Shown here: in pieces, positions 61,250 to 64,000 of the stretch
Numbering within the stretch: the first letter of the stretch is position 1
Layout: every line of letters starts with the position of its first letter
Assembly: GCF_003334315.1 (NCBI RefSeq)
Contig: NZ_QOWR01000023.1
Length of the DNA stretch: 64,000 nt
Source: Escherichia coli
GTDB taxonomy: Bacteria > Pseudomonadota > Gammaproteobacteria > Enterobacterales > Enterobacteriaceae
Reading direction: 5' to 3' (one strand)
The notes under the pieces: generated by a model
What the model was told of the DNA's origin: nothing
The model's input: only the letters and a program-made list of their open reading frames with translations
The model's database searches: none
Made by a program: the position numbers and the translations under genes

Positions 61250-63163
61250 TTACTTACGACCTGCCAGCAGTTCCAGCACTTCATCCACGCTGGTGGTGTG
61301 TGCCAGACGCTCGATGACGGACTCATCATCCAGTGCATTGGTCAGGCTGGTGATAACCTGAATGTGCTCGTTGTTACGGGCAGCAATACCAATCACCAGA
61401 CGGGCAATGTCATCTTCTTCTTCACCGAAGCGCACGCCTTCCGGGTACTGGCAGAACACGACGCCCGTTTTCAGTACGCGATCTTTCGCTTCAACCGTAC
61501 CGTGTGGCACCGCGATAGACTCACCCAGATAAGTCGGGGTCAGTTTTTCACGATCCAGCATCGCCTGAACGTATTCCGGCTCAACGTAACCGCCTTTCAC
61601 CAGCTGCTCGCCAGCAAAACGAATCGCTTCTTCTTTGGTTGCCGCTTTGCGACCGAGGAAGATGTTCTCCGCGCCTAGCTTGAACAGGTTAGCACTGGAA
61701 TCGTCAAAGCTGTCTTTCAGGCTGTCTTTTACTTTCTCTTCGTTTGCCGTGTGGCGTTGGGCAGCAACCAGACGTTCGGTCAGGCTGGTGTACAGGCCGC
61801 TGTCGAGGAAGTTGGTCAGCGAAATATGCTGTGCCTGCGGAACCTGGCGCATAGCGCGTTCGGTCAGGTCACGGTGAGTGATGACGAGGTCCACATCTGG
61901 CGGCAGGTTGTTGATCGCGCTGTTAGTAACAGAAATCTGCGACAGACCTGCATCCTGAATTTTCTTACGCAGAACGCCTGCGCCCATCGCACTGGAACCC
62001 ATACCGGCGTCACAGGCAACGATGATTTTACGTACGTGGCTCAGGTCGTTAGTCACATCGCCAGCAGACAGCGGAGATGCGCCTTTAGACTCAGCTTTCA
62101 TGTCCTGCATACGACGAGTTGCTGCTTCAATATCATCTTCTTCTTTCACTTTGCTGGTTTTCAGCAAAATAGCAGAGACAACGAAGGAGACAGCCATCGC
62201 CGCACACACACCCGCGATGTTAGCGAAGTAAGCACCTTTTGGTGTCATCGCCAGTACAGCAAGGATAGAACCCGGAGATGCCGGAGAAACCAGACCACCG
62301 CCCAGGATAGTCAGCGTGAACACGCCAGTCATACCGCCGAGGATGACTGCGAGGATCAGACGCGGATTCATCAGCACATACGGGAAGTAGATTTCGTGGA
62401 TACCCCCCAGGAAGTGGATGATTGCCGCACCGCCCGCAGACTGTTTAGCGCTACCACGACCAAAGAACATGTACGCCAGCAGCACGCCCATACCTGGACC
62501 TGGGTTAGCTTCAATCAGGAAGAAGATTGATTTACCCAGTTCATGGGACTGCTGAATACCCAGCGGCGAGAAGATACCGTGGTTAATGGCGTTGTTGAGG
62601 AACAGGATTTTCGCCGGTTCAACAAAGATAGACGCCAGCGGCAGCATGTCATGGACAACCATGAAGTTAACGCCCGCAGCCAGCATTTTGGACAGGGCTT
62701 CAACAATCGGGCCAATGCCGAGGAATGCCAGAATAGCGAGGATCATCCCGATGATGCCTGCGGAGAAGTTATTCACCAGCATCTCAAAACCGGATTTGAT
62801 CTTACCGTCTACCCAGCGGTCGAAGTGCTTAATGCACCAGCCGCCCAGCGGACCTGCAATCATAGAACCGAGGAACATCGGCATGTCTGCGCCGACGATA
62901 ACGCCCATGGTGGTGATGGCACCGACTACGCCGCCACGTTCGCCGCCTACCAGCTTACCACCGGTATAACCGATCAGCAGCGGCAGGAGATAAGTGATCA
63001 TCGGCCCGACCAGCTTCGCCAGCGTCTCGTTCGGTAACCACCCTGTTGGAATAAATAACGCGGTGATGATACCCCACGCGATAAACGCGCCGATATTTGG
63101 CATCACCATGTTGCTGAGGAAACGACCAAAGCTTTGCACTTTGATCTTAATATCGGATGACAT
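61250..63163 (-). CDS. mtlA: PTS mannitol-specific EIICBA component
   Basis: ORF track 637 aa; [32 protein letters not shown]. Confidence 0.96.
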   Translation of the reverse strand: MSSDIKIKVQSFGRFLSNMVMPNIGAFIAWGIITALFIPTGWLPNETLAKLVGPMITYLLPLLIGYTGGKLVGGERGGVVGAITTMGVIVGADMPMFLGSMIAGPLGGWCIKHFDRWVDGKIKSGFEMLVNNFSAGIIGMILAILAFLGIGPIVEALSKMLAAGVNFMVVHDMLPLASIFVEPAKILFLNNAINHGIFSPLGIQQSHELGKSIFFLIEANPGPGMGVLLAYMFFGRGSAKQSAGGAAIIHFLGGIHEIYFPYVLMNPRLILAVILGGMTGVFTLTILGGGLVSPASPGSILAVLAMTPKGAYFANIAGVCAAMAVSFVVSAILLKTSKVKEEDDIEAATRRMQDMKAESKGASPLSAGDVTNDLSHVRKIIVACDAGMGSSAMGAGVLRKKIQDAGLSQISVTNSAINNLPPDVDLVITHRDLTERAMRQVPQAQHISLTNFLDSGLYTSLTERLVAAQRHTANEEKVKDSLKDSFDDSSANLFKLGAENIFLGRKAATKEEAIRFAGEQLVKGGYVEPEYVQAMLDREKLTPTYLGESIAVPHGTVEAKDRVLKTGVVFCQYPEGVRFGEEEDDIARLVIGIAARNNEHIQVITSLTNALDDESVIERLAHTTSVDEVLELLAGRK

Positions 63164-63299
63164 AAAAACACCCCTTCTTATGTTTGCTGTCGCGCAGGCT
63201 GGAAGCCCGAGGTTTTTTGTTAATGTGGCGGCAGAGGTAGCCGGACCTTGTAGATACTGCGAAATCTGGCACTGAATCGGTTAACTGTCCAGTCGACGG

Positions 63300-63530
63300 C
63301 CTTTTGTGTGATATCAATCACATAAATATAGGGGGTAGAGAGGTAATTGACGTGACGTTCATCACAAAACGCTTGTGTAAAAAAGCAACAAGGCGGCGAT
63401 TTTCGCTAAAAATGGCATTTAAATGTGAGTAGTGTCACATTTTTGTTTTGATGGTTTGTTGAATCTTTGTGATCTGAATCACAAGATATTTTCTTACGGC
63501 GTTCACCTGATGTGATCTACAGCATGTTAT
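63300..63530 (-). promoter_or_regulatory. mtlA promoter/operator region with a cluster of CRP-type TGTGA-N6-TCACA palindromes
   Basis: TGTGATATCAATCACA (63307-63322), TGTGAGTAGTGTCACA (63424-63439), TGTGATCTGAATCACA (63468-63483), and the inverted-order TCACAAAACGCTTGTG plus a half-site TGTGATCTACAG. Confidence 0.7.
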
Positions 63531-63699
63531 GCCTTCGTCATACAATCGTTATGTAACTAAGCAACTCATCACCTCTAAAAATTATTCTTTGGTGTTATGG
63601 CGAGAATCGCGAACCCGGATTATTGTCAAAATATCAGCCTGACTCCCTTCTGGCTGCCAGCCCAAAAACAACACTGATAAACGTGAATCCGAGGCAGAT

Positions 63700-64000
63700 A
63701 TGTTTCTAAACTATTTCGCGTTGGGAGTGCTGATCTTCGTCTTTCTGGTGATTTTTTATGGAATCATCGCGATACATGACATCCCTTATCTGATTGCCAA
63801 AAAGCGCAACCATCCCCATGCCGACGCTATTCATACGGCGGGCTGGGTGAGCCTGTTTACTCTGCATGTTATCTGGCCGTTTCTGTGGATCTGGGCGACG
63901 CTCTATCAACCGGAGCGTGGCTGGGGTATGCAGTCACATGTTGCGTCGCAGGAGAAAGCGACTGACCCGGAAATCGCCTCACTTTCTGACCGAATTTCCC
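63700..64000 (+). CDS. yibI: inner-membrane protein YibI, 5' part (runs off the window end)
   Basis: ATG at 63700; translation MFLNYFALGVLIFVFLVIFYGIIAIHDIPYLIAKKRNHPHADAIHTAGWVSLF... has no stop before the window end, so it is missing from the ORF track. Confidence 0.8.
   Translation, partial: MFLNYFALGVLIFVFLVIFYGIIAIHDIPYLIAKKRNHPHADAIHTAGWVSLFTLHVIWPFLWIWATLYQPERGWGMQSHVASQEKATDPEIASLSDRIS

Overview
This 64-kb window reads as Escherichia coli / Shigella-type chromosome, equivalent to the K-12 selC-to-mtlA interval in reverse orientation. It carries about 58 conserved genes in the expected order, all apparently intact: yicJ-yicI, yicH, xanP, gltS, recG-trmH-spoT-rpoZ-gmk, ligB, yicG, dinD, yicC, rph-pyrE, slmA, dut-coaBC, radC, rpmBG, mutM, coaD-waaA, the waa LPS-core cluster, hldD, htrL, kbl-tdh, yibD, yibQ-envC-gpmM, yibN-grxC-secB-gpsA, cysE, trmL, lldPRD, yibL, yibT, mtlADR and the start of yibI. 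Two parts are accessory. (1) The first 2.2 kb is the right-hand junction of a genomic island inserted at tRNA-Sec (selC): an IS1 end truncated by the window edge, a 410-bp AT-rich spacer, an apparently intact 394-aa P4-family tyrosine integrase, then selC. The island cargo lies to the left of coordinate 1, outside the window. (2) The outer-core part of the waa locus has the gene content and order I associate with the R3 core type (waaQ-G-P-I-Y-J-D plus waaL), not the K-12 type, and is markedly AT-rich. I found no CRISPR array, rRNA or prophage body. I did not find a convincing undescribed multi-gene system inside the window; the only place novel cargo is plausible is the selC island beyond the left edge. 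Gene identities come from protein N-termini and motifs I recognise plus synteny, with no database search run. Where the ORF track gives an upstream-extended start I report the start matching the known N-terminus, so starts may be off by a few codons. At the waaQ start the printed sequence and the ORF-track translation disagree by one base, so my independently counted coordinates may be off by 1 nt in places.
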